A DNA stretch of 64,000 bases from positions 173,724,001 to 173,788,000 of the forward strand of contig OX597817.1 of assembly GCA_951406725.2 (NCBI GenBank). Reading direction: 5' to 3'. The stretch is from Octopus vulgaris. Its lineage: Eukaryota. Each line of letters starts with the position of its first letter. Position 1 is the first letter of the stretch. The notes beneath the pieces were generated by a model. It searched no databases, was not told the origin of the DNA, and was given only the letters and a program-made list of their open reading frames with translations. Of this stretch, positions 29,480 through 42,206 are shown in pieces. The position numbers and the translations under genes were made by a program.

Positions 29480-31299
29480 TATGTGTGTCCTTGAAGTGCT
29501 CAGTCACTTGCATGCTAATTTCCTGAGCAGGCTGTTCTATTGATCGGATCAACTGGAGCCTTCGTCGTTGTGACTGACGGAGTGCCATATCCAAATTCAA
29601 AATTATTACATATACATATGTATATACACGTGTACATGTGTGTGAGTGTGTATAAGTCTATCTGTCTATCTTACCAACTAACATTCTCCAGATCACTTGT
29701 CTCTGTACATTCATAGTACAGAAGGATTTAACTTGAAAGGAATTAAAACAGATTTCCTTTCTGTATGAACATGAATGAAAATTCTTCCTTTGACACTCCT
29801 GCCAATTTCCTAAACAAAAAATAGATAAAATAAAGTAAAAAGAAAGAAAAAGAAAAAAATCCTGGGAACTCCTTTAAAATTTCATCATTGTAGGTCATCT
29901 CAGAAGTTTGTGATCCTTAATGTAACAATTCAATTCCACTTTTGATTTATCTACTTTAGATTTATCAGCATTTTAAATTTCTTCCTCTTTTCATTTCACT
30001 TGATTATAGTTGTTGTTGTTGTTGTTGTTATCATTATTGAAGGCAGAAAGCTATCAGAATTGTTACTGCACTGAACAAAATGCTTAGCAGCATTTATTCT
30101 GGCTTTTCATTCTAAGTTCAAATGCTGCCAAGGTCTACTTTGCCTTTCATCCTTTCAGAGTCAATAAAATGTGTACCAGCTAAGTACTGCAGTCTATGAT
30201 ATTGAGTGACCCGCTTCTCCTAAAATTGCTGGCTTTGTGCCAAAAATTTGAAACCATCATCATCATTATTAAGACAGAATTGTTAGCACACCGGCTGAAA
30301 TGCTTAGTGGTATTTCGTCTGCGCTACGTTTTAAGTTCAAACTCTGCTGGGGTTGAGTTTGACTTTCATCCTTTCAGGGTTGATGAAATAAGTACCAGTT
30401 ATGCACTGGGGTCGGTGTAATCGACTTAATCTATTCCCCAAAATTTGAGGCCTTGTGTTTCCAGTAGAAAGAGTTATTATTAAGGCAGAATCATTAGCAT
30501 ATCGGGCAAAATGCTTAGTGGTATTTCATCTGTTTTTATGTTCTGAGCTCAAATTTCACCAAGGTTGACTTTGCCTTTCATCCTTTCAGGGTCAATAAAA
30601 TAAGTACAAGTTGAGTAATAGAGCTGATGTAATTGACTATTCCCCCTCCCCCAAATTTCAGGCCTTGTACCTATAGTAGAAAGAATTTGCTGCTGAGATC
30701 CCCTTCGGTCATAACTGATAGTAGGATTGCACCTAGAAAGTTACCCTCCCAGGCACAAGTCCGGGCAAGGTTGTTTATGGAAGACCAGCAGTCGACCATG
30801 CATACCTCTCCACGTCACCAGTATTATGCAAGGGAAAGGCAAAGGGGCCGATACAGCTTGGCACCTGTGATGTCACAACTCATTTCTACAGCTGAGTGAA
30901 CTGGAGCAACGGGAAATAAAGTGTCTTGCTCAAGAACACAACACACAGCCCGATCCGAGATATGAACTCACAACCTCATGATCATGAGCTCAATGCTCTA
31001 ACCACTGAGCTATGTGCCTTCACCAGTAGAAAGAATAATTATAATTATTATTATCATTAAAGGTGGTAAGGTGGCAGAATTGATAGCACACTGCACAAAC
31101 TGCTTAGCAACATTTCACCTGTCTTTATGATCTGGGTTCCAATGAGGTCAACTTAGCCTTTTATCCTTTTAGGGTAGATGAAATAAACACCAGTTGAGCA
31201 CAGGGCTGGGGCGGGGGGGGGCGATGTAAATGATAAATAATTTAATAAATTCTCAAAAAGAAAATGATAGATAGCATATCTATCATACTACTGTTAAGA

Positions 31300-32085
31300 T
31301 GATGATGATGATGACATTGACAAAAATGATGATTGTGATGGTGATAAAGCAACTGGATGATGATGATGATCGTGGAATTTGTAGTGATGAATGCTGATAG
31401 TGATGATGGCAGTATTGGTAACTATGACTGTAATGATAGTGTTATGGGTGGCAGTAGAAATAGTAGTAGCAGCAGCAGCAGCCGTCCAAGAATTTGGACT
31501 TGAAGATCTCCATTTCCAACGACTTCGAGGGCCACCTCCCCGTGGTGTCGGGCGTCAACGAAGAGCCCTCGACTACAACAAGACAACCAAAGTTTTTTTT
31601 TCTAAAGTCTGGGGTCTCCCACCCCTAAGCCATAGACCATCACCTAATCACCCTTACCCATCTTGTTGCTTAACAACAACAACAACAACAGCAGCAGCAG
31701 CAGTGGTGATGGTGGTGGTGGTGATGGTGGTGGTAGAGGTAATGGTGCTGGTGGAAGTGCAAGTATTAATTATAGCAATATTAGAAGCTGAAACAGTAAT
31801 AATGGTTTTGATGGTGATGGTAGATATGGTAATGGTTGTAGTGCTGGTGATTGTCGCAGTGGTACTGGTGGTCGTGGTCACTATAATGGTGATGGTTGTG
31901 GTATTGGTGATAGTTGTGGTATGTGATGATGGTGGTTGTTATTATGGTGGTGGTGATGTTAATGGTTGTGACTGTGGCGGTTGTGGTGTTGGTGATGATT
32001 GTTGTGGTGATGGTGGTGTTAGTGGTGGTGGTGGTGTGGCTGTTGTTGGTGATAGTGGGGAAGATGGTGGTGATGATGGTGTTAA
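31300..32085. repeat. Low-complexity trinucleotide region (GGT/GAT/GTT)
   Basis: Direct reading; this region produces the spurious 283-aa ORF. Confidence 0.9.
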
Positions 32086-33349
32086 GTTAAAGAATCAAAG
32101 AAATTTCTGTATTTTCTTCTTTTGTAGAATAATATTTAAGACTGACTCAGAAAAGCTCTTATTTCTTCGTTTTACAAAAATCAAACATTTATTTTCCTGC
32201 ACAGTTTTTCAATCTGAATGTCTTATGACTGGTCAGTTATGATTCATTTTTCTTTCTTTTATTGTTTCTTTTTTGTTTTGTTTTTTTTCAGTTGCTTACA
32301 TTCAAAGACAAGAGCCGTTATGAAACATGCATGCATGTGTGTATGCATGTGTGTATGTATGCATGTGTGTGTGTGTGTATGCATGTGTATGTGTATATGT
32401 GCGTGAGTGTGCACATGCATGTGTCTGTGTCTAATTGAATGTCATGCACAAGTGAAACTGAACACGGTGCATCTAAAGGAAAGAAAAGAAGAATGAAACA
32501 GAGAAAGAGAGAGAGAGAGAGAGGAGAGTGAGACACACACACACACACACATCATAGAAGCTGTTGAGTCACTGGCTCAGTAACGTATTTATGACTTCAG
32601 TCAGTAAGAAAACACTGGTTTGCTTGTTTGCTTGCTTTCTTGGAAAATGCCTGGCCCTGTGGAAGAAAGAGGTCTACCCACACCTTTAAACAATTAGATA
32701 TTGATTTCTCTTAATTGAGCAACACAAGACTTATTTTAGTGAAGGATGGGATCTGTGTGATTAATTGATTCACTAAAATATGTATTACTAATAATATTGA
32801 TTTATTACATAAGCATATGAGGATTAGTATAATTGAAAAAAAATCCCCCCCCCCCCTGTACATAAATGCTACTTGAATCCAGAAGAATGAAAAATATAAA
32901 GCACTCTCTGTTTCTTTGTTCACACAAATGGCGGTGCCCCAGCATGGCCACAGCTCAAGAGCTGAAACTGGAAAACAAAACATAAACATAAACAATTCTT
33001 TTATGCTATGCATAACAAATGAATATATATATATATATATATATATACATACATGATGGACAACATGAACAACAAATGATATGTTTATGGTGATCAAATG
33101 TTTGTGGTGCACATTTGCTCACCCTCTCCACCAAATCCATATTGTCTGAACAGGTGCACAGTGTATCACGTGTCTGGTGCTGAAGTGATAACAGAGCAAT
33201 GTGATATGAAGTATTTCACTCAGGAACACAACACACCACCTAGTCTAGGAATTGAAATCCCAATCTTGCGATTGTGAGTGCAACATTCTAACCACTAGAC
33301 CATGTACCCACGCATGTATGTATATATATATATATAAGTTTTAATGGGC

Positions 33350-34440
33350 TATCTCACTTCCACTGTTTACAGCAGTGCTTGGAAGGAACGTGTGTAGCAT
33401 GTGATCATTGCATTGACCATGACAAAGTTGAGCAGAGAATCTGCATCAAATTTTGCCAAAAGTTTGGTGATACCAGCTCAGAGGCCTATGCAAAGTTTTC
33501 AAAAAAGTTTTCATCATTCTTGACACAATTGAGGAGCTCTTGTGCAACTGAAACCTGAGTATCTTTTTGGTCATCTGAAAGCAGTTTTGGCACAAACTTG
33601 ACAGATACACATCTCATACCCAAATCTTCAGTGATGATGGACTGAACTGAACCCTAACTAATCTGCACATCCTCTGATAACTCACAGATGGTGATTTGAT
33701 GATTTCCTCTCACAGCTGTATGCACAGCTGCAATGTTTTTCTCAGTTCTGCTGGTTGCAGGTCTCCCAGAACATTTGTCAATATCAACATTTTTTCGGTC
33801 ATCTTGGAAACATCTGAACCAGCCGTACACTTGCGTGCGGCTCATATACTCCTCTCCATACACTTTCTGTAACTTTGCATAGGCCTCTAAGCAGGTGTCG
33901 CCATGATAACTTTCTCTGTCAAGGTCAATGCAATTATGACACACTACACACCTTCCTTCCAAGCACTGCTGTAAATAGTGGAAGTGAGCTAGAATGATAA
34001 AACTTAGTGTGCATGCACAGCAGAGTTCAAAGTCAATCTTTACTGAGCAGCTCCACTCTGTGTTCTTTAGCTTCATTACTATGCGGTTGGCGGTCGGTGT
34101 TATGGGACATGATGAGCTATGTGGTGCTGGTGGAGAGGATGACAGATGAGGTGGGCGGAAGTACGGCTTGCAGGGGCCGGCGGAAGACTGAGGGGTGCAT
34201 GTGTGGCAGGAAGCGGATGTGGTCAAGGACGAAGCACGTGTGGTCAGCGAGGAAGTGAGGAGTTCCAGCATAGACGGCAAAGTGACAGGACATGTTGAAT
34301 TTGTGAGAGACCGCTGATTTCGCCAAGGTAAGGCCTTTTGTATTTCTTTCTCCCGTTGCTTCTTTTTCTGTTGTCCTCTTCATCCATCACACTACAGTTA
34401 CTATGACAACAGTCCGGATACTTATAGATCAGACCCCATA
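33350..34440 (-). mobile_element. Mariner-derived element with transposase N-terminal HTH and internal inverted duplication
   Basis: AYAKLQKVYGEEYMSRTQVYGWFRCFQDDR..SGRPATS..ITICELSEDVQIS. TIR-like end TA|TGGGGTCTGATCTATAAGTATCCGGACT at ~34410-34440. ~33350-33500 is an inverted copy of ~33870-33990. Confidence 0.8.
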
Positions 34441-35499
34441 TAAATATACATATACATACATAGACAGATATACAAATACATGCAGATATATACAGATATA
34501 TATATATATATATATATATATAATAACAATTTAATAAATAAAACATATGCATACATACATACATATATGTACATACCTACATCTATATGTATATATACAT
34601 GCATATATAAATATATATATATATGAGTACAGGACACCACAAATAAACATAGAACACAACGAGAAACGAAAACATAAAATCAAGGAAACGGACTTTTTTT
34701 AACAACGAAAAAACAGAGTACAAGACAAACAATACAAGGAATATTCCCCTTCTTCAGCTGCCCCTGTTTCGACTCAATGCGTGTTTCGAAGGAACCTTCG
34801 TACATATATGTATGTATGTATGCATATGTTTTATTTATTAAATTGTTATTATATGATTGAACGCCACGCGTCGTTTCTTCTTCTCCAAGTAAGTTTTTAT
34901 ATATATACACACACACACACACGCACACACACACATACGCACACACACATACATATAAGATACATATACATATATGACAAGCTTCTTTCAATTTCCATCT
35001 ACTAGATCTACTCACAAAAAGAATGTGCTTATGCATGTATTGTTGTTGTTGTTGTTGTTGTTGTTGCTGTTGTTGTTACTGTTACTCATATCTTGTAGCA
35101 GTGAAGGTTTGAGTTACTAGAACTGGTTTTTGTCAAAAAGTCATAAGTATTTTTGTTTTTTGTAATTTTTACATTCTGCTCTATAATCAAATGTGTTATC
35201 TTTTTTTTTTTTTGTTTACAATCAACAAAAACATTTGAATCCATATAAATTTTTAGAGAAGTATTTCTGCATGATGTAGCAACTTTGTTAATTCATGACT
35301 GGAAGGATTGTTTTCTTCACAAGTTGGTCTTTTGTTTCTTATTATCTCCATTCTGAGAAAAATAATTCAAACAATTAAATGCCTACCTTTTAAGTCCCAT
35401 CATAAAAATACTTTTTTACATGTAATGTTACAGGATAAAATCCATGATAATGGGAGAAGAATACGGACCCTAACTGTCTTAAGCACAATATGTATTATA

Positions 35500-36525
35500 A
35501 TACAGCAGAGTGAACCCTTGCTTGCTGTTGTTAGAAATAGCAACAGGATACCTACTGAAAATGTGATACACCCAGAAATATTTAAGAAACAAGATGAAGA
35601 ACAAAGAATACACAACTGGAAAATGAAAACAATGCATGAGCAATACCTGAGGGAAATCAAAGAGAAAGACAAGAGCAACACCTGGAAGTTGTTAAGGAAA
35701 AGTGATCTGAAAGGATGTACCAAGGCATTGATATGCAGCACTCAGGAACACGCTCTGACAACTAATTACACCAAGTTCCAAAGAGATAAGAGCAGTGATT
35801 CACCTCTTTGTAGGATCTGTGGCAGCAAAAATGAAGCAATATTACATGTGTGTGACTGTAGTGTGTTGGCTGAAATGCTTAGAAAAGGAAGGATGAAAAT
35901 GTGGCTAAGTTTGTTCACTGGGTTCTGTGAATATGTGGTCTTGGAAGAACATGGAAATGGTACAAACATAAACCAGAAGGTATCACTGATAATGGTGAAT
36001 ATAAGACCTTGTGGGGTTTTACAATTCAATGTGACTCTCCAACTGATGCTCAGAGGCCAGTTGTTGTTGTAGTGGGAAAAGGAAAACGGAAACTAAGTCC
36101 AAAGATACTGCCACACCTGGGGATGCATGCATAGGTGACATAGAGCTGGAAAAGGTAGGAAAATACCAAGTTACTAAAAGATGAAAATGCACGAATATGG
36201 GGAATGCAGAGAGTAACTGTCATCCTAGTAATTGTAGGGGCACTCGGAGCTCAAACAACCAAGTTCGAGAAATATGCCAAAGAAATTGGAATTGACATGA
36301 CGGTAGAGTATGCCAAAAATAAACTACTCTATTAAGAATAGCTAGGATTTTGACATTGGTACTTGGGTTTTGAATATCTTCCACAATACTTAACACCTAA
36401 GTAGCAAGTTTCATAATTTGTGGAAAGAGACTTTGTGAGACCTTTGACAACAGGATACTGCCCGCTCTCACAGAATTAACCAGAGCAAGTAGGATTGAGA
36501 GCTCTGAGAAATAAAATATAATAAT
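35500..36525 (+). mobile_element. R4/Dong-like (RLE-type) non-LTR retrotransposon 3' fragment
   Basis: WKMKTMHEQYL..W..KSDLK..ALICSTQEHALTTNY..SPLCRICGSKNEAILHVC (zinc knuckle), followed by degenerate endonuclease sequence (VIL.IVGALG); TAA-rich end. Confidence 0.75.
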
Positions 36526-36537
36526 TTTTTTTTTTTT

Positions 36538-36833
36538 CATGACCGACCAGGCTATCAGATGTTGCTACACATCACTGGTCACAATGCGCTTCACATTGTT
36601 TTAGCCTTCAAATGACACCACCCCGCTGGCTAAGCGAGCAGGCCAACAGAAGAAAGAGTGAGAGAAAGTTGTGGCGAAAGAGTACAGTAGGGATTGCCAC
36701 CATCCCCTGCCGGAGCCTTGTGGACCTTTAGATGTCTTTGCTCAATAAACACTCACAACGCCCGATCTGGGAATCGAAACTACGCTCCTACAACCGCGAG
36801 TTCGCTGCCCTAACCACTGGGCCATTGTGCCAC
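36538..36833 (-). mobile_element. SINE family D
   Basis: Reverse-complement homologue of 43670-43978. Confidence 0.8.
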
Positions 36834-37060
36834 CACAAAATATAATAATAATCATAATAAAAATAAAAATAGCATTGTTTAACTTGATATGAAGTTACTA
36901 TGTCATGCATATATGGTTGTGATGCATGTGCCCTGTATACCCTTATCAGACAGGTAGTCATGATGGGAATATTAGGCTTCGTGTATTTTTGTTGTGTCTT
37001 GGGAGGAGTCATCATGCCAATAAAATTAACACTCACACAGGTTCAATTCTGATCCTTTAC

Positions 37061-37245
37061 TGTGCAAGTTAAACAATCAATCAGTTGTTTGTTAGTCAAC
37101 GTTCTTTTGTCACTGTTTGCAACCTTTTCAGTGTCACAAATGCAGAGCAGACCTTAGAGCAAGAAGGGAAGTCACTGAAAAAGTCATGAACAAGGACAAA
37201 AGAATTTTGACTAAAAAACAGTTGATTGATTGTTTAACCTACACA
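37061..37245. mobile_element. MITE/hairpin with ~75 bp imperfect TIRs
   Basis: TGTGCAAGTTAAACAATCAATCAGTTG.. pairs with ..CAGTTGATTGATTGTTTAACCTACACA. Confidence 0.7.
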
Positions 37246-37772
37246 TTAAACAAAAAAATGAGTTGTTAGTTGGTTAGATATTTAGCCAATTGACTAATAA
37301 TAAAAAAAAAAAATGGAAATAAACCTGTGCATGGTGTTGATAATATTGGTAGAATGACTCTTCCCAGACATGACAAAATTTGTTTCAACAAATGAATTAA
37401 CATCAAGAATCTTGCAAACCAGAGACAAAAATGAAATATTTTATTTTTATTTCATCAAAAAATCTTTTTTGTTTTCAAACTTATCATTTTCATCATTTAA
37501 AAAATCAAAATGTCCACATTACAAAATTTCTCATTTTTCTCTCTTAAATTTTTACAAATTATTGCCATGATATCTAGAAAATGTTCATGGAATCAACATT
37601 TAGATGTACAATTCTTCGATGCATAGGTAACTCTTCCTACTATAGGCACAGGGCTGGTAATTTTCAGGGAAGGGGGCTAGTTAAGTACATCAATCCCAGG
37701 GCTCAGCTGGTAAAAGGATGAAAGGCAAAGTCAACCTCGATGGAATTTAAAATCAGGATGTAAAGCCACAAA

Positions 37773-38100
37773 GTGCATGGCTCAGTGGTTAGAGTGTCAG
37801 GCTCACAATCATGAGGTAGTGAGTTCAATTCCTGGACCGGGCAATGCTGTGCTCTTGAGCAAGATACTCTATTTTACATTGCTCCAATTCACTCAGCTGT
37901 AGAAATGAAATGCAATGTCACTGGTGCCAAGCTGTATCAGCCTTTGCCTTTCCTTTGGATAACATCAGTGGCATGGAGAGGGGAGGCTGGTATGCATGGG
38001 TGAATGCTGGTCTTTGAAAAACAACCTTGCCTGGACTTGTGCCTTGAAGGGTAACTTTCTAAGTGCAATCCCATGGTCATTCATGATCGAAGGGATTCTT
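37773..38100 (+). mobile_element. tRNA-derived SINE, family F
   Basis: Head shared with family E, different body; second copy at ~30695-31022 (-). Confidence 0.75.
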
Positions 38101-38618
38101 TATCCTTTTAAAGCCAGAAGAAATGTTGCTGGGCATTTTTGTCCAGTATACCAATGATTCTACCAGCTCACTGCCTTTTTGTTTCTTCTGTAGGTACAAG
38201 GCCTGAAATTTGGAGGGAAGTACCAGCTGATTACCTTGCTCCCAGTGTTTGACTGGTAATCATCTTATCAACCCCAAGAGTCAACCTCAATGAACTCAGA
38301 ATGTAAAGCTAGAAGAAAAGCCATTAAGCAGTTTTGTCTTGCCAGTTTGCCACATTTTTCTTAGATGCATTGATAACAGCATAAACACAATAATGAAGTG
38401 ATCCTGGACAAACTACATATAAAAAAAAATGATACCAGGAGAATAACTGGGAATTCAATTCAAATTTTCTTCCTCACCTAACCCCTCACTATCCACCACC
38501 ACCTCTTAAAAAGCATGAAGTGAAAATTCTAATTACTAAAACTGAGATATTTTTATGAATTGAAATGGCAGTTAATTAAGGTATCCAAAAGATTTTGAAA
38601 ACTAACTGAATATTGAAC

Positions 38619-38846
38619 TTAACCCTTTTGATACCAACTCACATGAGACCACCTCTGGTTCTATAATAAAAACTTTCAGTTTTAAAGTGGTTGAAATTAA
38701 AACAATCTGTTAAAATTTCAGTTTAATTTATATTCCAAACACCAGCTTAATAATAAAGTTATTTTACTAAAGTCTTCATTGTTTTCAAGATTAATTAAAA
38801 CTAAAGTAGTATATCTCAACAAGAATATGGTAACGAAATGTTTAAA
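38619..38846. mobile_element. TTAA-flanked MITE, family 1, diverged copy
   Basis: TTAACCCTTTTGATAC ... GTAACGAAATGTTTAA; body similar to 42211-42431. Confidence 0.65.
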
Positions 38847-39700
38847 TGGAATCCATTTCCAAAAAAACTGATTTTCAATTTTGTATTGATAATAACTATT
38901 TTTTTTAAAATCAAATTTAAAGTTATGAATTCCTATTATCAATTTTAAATTTAAGGTAATTAGAAATAAAACAATGAATAATAAAATATATTTGAGAACT
39001 TTGAAAATCATGAGGAACACATTCTGAGAGAGGGTATTTAACTCTTTTACTGCAGAAAGCAAATATATCCATTCAAAATTTCACAACCCTTAACTGTTGG
39101 AAGCAGTTTTATAATATACAAACCTATCTTTTGTTGAGGAATGTCATGTTTGAAATCATTTCTTATGGAAATAAAGTTGCTGAAAATACCAATTCTATGT
39201 TTAGATATTTAGCATCAATGGTGGAATAACCATGAAATTTGATTTTGCAGTGAAAGGGTTAATAAAACAGAGATGATTGTGAGCCCAGAAAATGGACATC
39301 TTTGATTTAGTCAGGAACCCATTGTTTTTTCTTTCTTTTTTCCTTTTCTTAATTGAGAGGATATTCTAGGTGCAGGGTTGGATGTGTGGTTAAGAAATTC
39401 ACTTTGCAACCATGTAGTTTTGGGTTCAATACCATTGCACTTTGGGCAAGTGCCTTCTACTATAGATCCACGTTGACCAATGCCTTATGAGTGAATTTGG
39501 TATGGAAACTGTGGAAGCCCTTCCCATGTGTGTGTGTGTGTGTATGTCTTAGTGTTTGTCCTTCCCCCACCATAAACCCAAGACCACATGGTTTGGAAGC
39601 AAGATCCTTAATCATATATCAATGCCTGTGCCTAAATTATCTCACATAATATTTTTAAACATGTTTCTCAACGTTTCTTAAATCTAATCAACTAATGTAT

Positions 39701-39900
39701 TTAGTTACCAGCTGATCGCAGTTTCTTTGCTTTCTCCATAAAAGAGACAACTCTGTGAATATCTAAATCATTTTTCCAGTGTCCAACATCTTTGAAATGG
39801 GATCCAACGATTATAGCATTTGCTTCAACAAAATCCGCTAAGTTTTCACATGTGACGCCAGAACCAACAAGAACTGGTATATTCACAGCTTTCTTCACAG
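39701..39900 (-). CDS. BtpA/SgcQ-family protein, last coding exon
   Basis: Acceptor TGTTTTTAG|, phase 1. Encodes (A)VKKAVNIPVLVGSGVTCENLADFVEANAIIVGSHFKDVGHWKNDLDIHRVVSFMEKAKKLRSAGN*. PVLVGSGVT and IVGS are family motifs. TAA stop at 39701-39703. Confidence 0.93.
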
Positions 39901-40333
39901 CTAAAAACAGAAAGCAAAAAAAGAGAGTCAAGACTATTGAAAAGGTTGCAAGAGACAATGAAAATTTTAGGAAAATAAAAATAAGAAATAAGTGGAAATT
40001 TTACCAGTGAGTGTGTCAAATTATAAGGCACAAAAAAGAAAATGACTCTCCCCAGACACAACAAAAAAGGAACATTGAAAATGTAAAGGAGTAAATCTAC
40101 ATGTATGCACATGTGTACATGCACACACACACACACACACTCACAAACATATACACACTCATACACACACACACACATCATCATCATCATCATTGTCATT
40201 GTCGTCGTAATCATCATTTCCATCATCATAGTTATTGTCGTCATCATCATCATTTAATGTGCAGTTTTCCATGCTTGCACAGGTCAGATGGAATTTGATG
40301 AGGCAGATTATTCTAGGGCCAGATACTCTTTCT

Positions 40334-40564
40334 TATTTCTTTATTGCCCACAAGGGGCTAAATATAGAGGGGACAAACAAGGACAGACAAATGGATTAAG
40401 TCGATTACATCGACCCCAGTACGTAACTGGTACTTAATTTATCAACTCCGAAAGGATGAAAGGAAAAGTCGATCTCGGCAGAATTTGAACTCAGAACGTA
40501 ACGGCAAACGAAATACCGCTAAGCATTTCGCTCGGCATGCTAACATTTCTGCAACTCGCCGCCT
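40334..40564 (-). mobile_element. SINE family B
   Basis: Homologous to 5102-5329. Confidence 0.85.
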
Positions 40565-40699
40565 TTTCTGATGACAGAAAGAGCATCTAGCTCTTTCTGT
40601 CATCAACATTTACCTGCTTCCCACATGACCAGACATGTTTTTCTTGGAAGACTGGAATTGGACCACATTGCTTGAGATGAAGTGCTGAAGAACTACTTC

Positions 40700-41395
40700 A
40701 GGATATTGAACCTTTCAGGCAAGATGACAACGGACTGAGATGCTTGGTGCCTTGCTGTACTCAAGAAGACCCGTACTCCAAAGCAAAAGTGTTAAGACTG
40801 GTTGCCCCAATGGTGAGAATTAACCTGAAAGAGTCCTCTGCCAGTACCACATAAAAAGCACTCATTACAGTGTTATGTAAAAGAGCCCGTGTGGTGCCAC
40901 GTAAAAGCACCCAGCACACTCTGTAGAGTGGTTGGCATTAGGAAGGGCATCCAGCTGTGGAGACCATGCCAAATCAGACTGGAGTCTGGTACAGCCTCCC
41001 AGCTTGCCAGGTCTGGTCAAACTGTCTAAACCATGCCAGCATGGACAACGGATGTTAAATGATGAGGATGATGATTGCCTGTATGGCAGTGATGCTGACT
41101 TACAACCATTATAGGATATCAAGAAAGGCTACATACAAACACATATTCATTTATATGCCCAACAAAATCACAGTTGTGACAGATACCAGTGTCACACAAA
41201 TGGTATCTGTGCCAGTGACACATAAAAGCACCCATTAAACTCTCGGAGTGGTTGGCATTAGAAAGGGCATCCAGCCATAGAAAACCATGCCAAATCAGAC
41301 TGGAGCCTGTCGCAGCCTTCCAGCGTGCCACCCCAGTCAAACCGTCCAACCCATGCCAGCATGGACAACAGACATTAAATGATGATGATGATGAT
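40700..41395 (+). mobile_element. Two tandem degenerate RTE 3' fragments
   Basis: Two copies of GGTTGGCATTAG(G/A)AAGGGCATCCAGC, each ending in a GATGAT tail (~41075 and ~41395). Confidence 0.7.
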
Positions 41396-41404
41396 ATGTG
41401 TGAA

Positions 41405-41730
41405 AGCATGTGGCTTAGTGATTAGTGAACTGGGTTCATAATCGTAAGGTCGTGAGTTCAATTCCTGGCAGGGTGTTGTGTCCTTGAGCAAGACACTTTA
41501 TTTCGCAGTGCTCCAGTTCATTCAGCTGGCAAAAGTGAGTTGTACCTTGTAGTTCAATAGGTCATATTTGTCAGATTTGGTGTGTCATACTGAATCTCCC
41601 TTGAGAACTAAGTTAAGAGTACACATGTCTGTGGAGTGCTCAGCCACTTGCAGGTTAATTTCATGAGCAGGCTGTTCCACTGAGTGGATCAACTAGAACA
41701 CTTGTCATAACTGATGGAGTACTCAGCTAT
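41405..41730 (+). mobile_element. tRNA-derived SINE, family G
   Basis: E-like head with body GAGTGCTCAGCCACTTGCA..AATTTCATGAGCAGGCTG. A split copy lies at ~28376-28560 plus ~29480-29590. Confidence 0.7.
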
Positions 41731-42059
41731 ATGGGGGGTCTGCACATGTGTGCATGTGACTATGTATCAAACACTTACCCAACATGTCACATGGTAAAAC
41801 TGAACCTGAGATCATACAGTTTTAAATAATGTTTATTATGCAGCATTTTTATTGTGACAAAAGTATGCAATGTGAATGTATAATAAGTGCAATTATTAAC
41901 TAATGTATTATTTTAGGCAATTAGCTTTTGTGTGCACATTAGTTTCTTGTGTAAACAAACTCAGAAGGATTATGACTTATAGGATAATATATTTTAGAAT
42001 TAACAATAGAATTTAATATGCACATATATATGCACCCATGATTGTACACATACAGACAT

Positions 42060-42200
42060 ATAAATGAGTGGGCAGAAAGTTTGTGCCATAAAAATTTCCT
42101 TCACAATTTTGATAGTAATTCTCAAAAATGTTTTATAAGAATTGTTACTTGTGATGTGACAGAGCTCTGTGGGTATAATCTAGCAAGCGAACAACCCCCT
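42060..42200 (+). mobile_element. Degenerate mariner DDE fragment
   Basis: RIVTCDVTELCGYNLASEQ resembles the mariner RIVTGDETW..Y motif. Confidence 0.45.
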
Positions 42201-42206
42201 ATCAAA

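Noticed and set aside
31391-32242. 283-aa Val/Gly-rich ORF
   Set aside because: Product of GGT/GAT trinucleotide low complexity, with no domain or plus-strand exon support.
39901-39958. ORF-track N-terminal extension MSLATFSIVLTLFFCFLFL (signal-peptide-like)
   Set aside because: It is the intron polypyrimidine tract upstream of the acceptor at 39901-39902.
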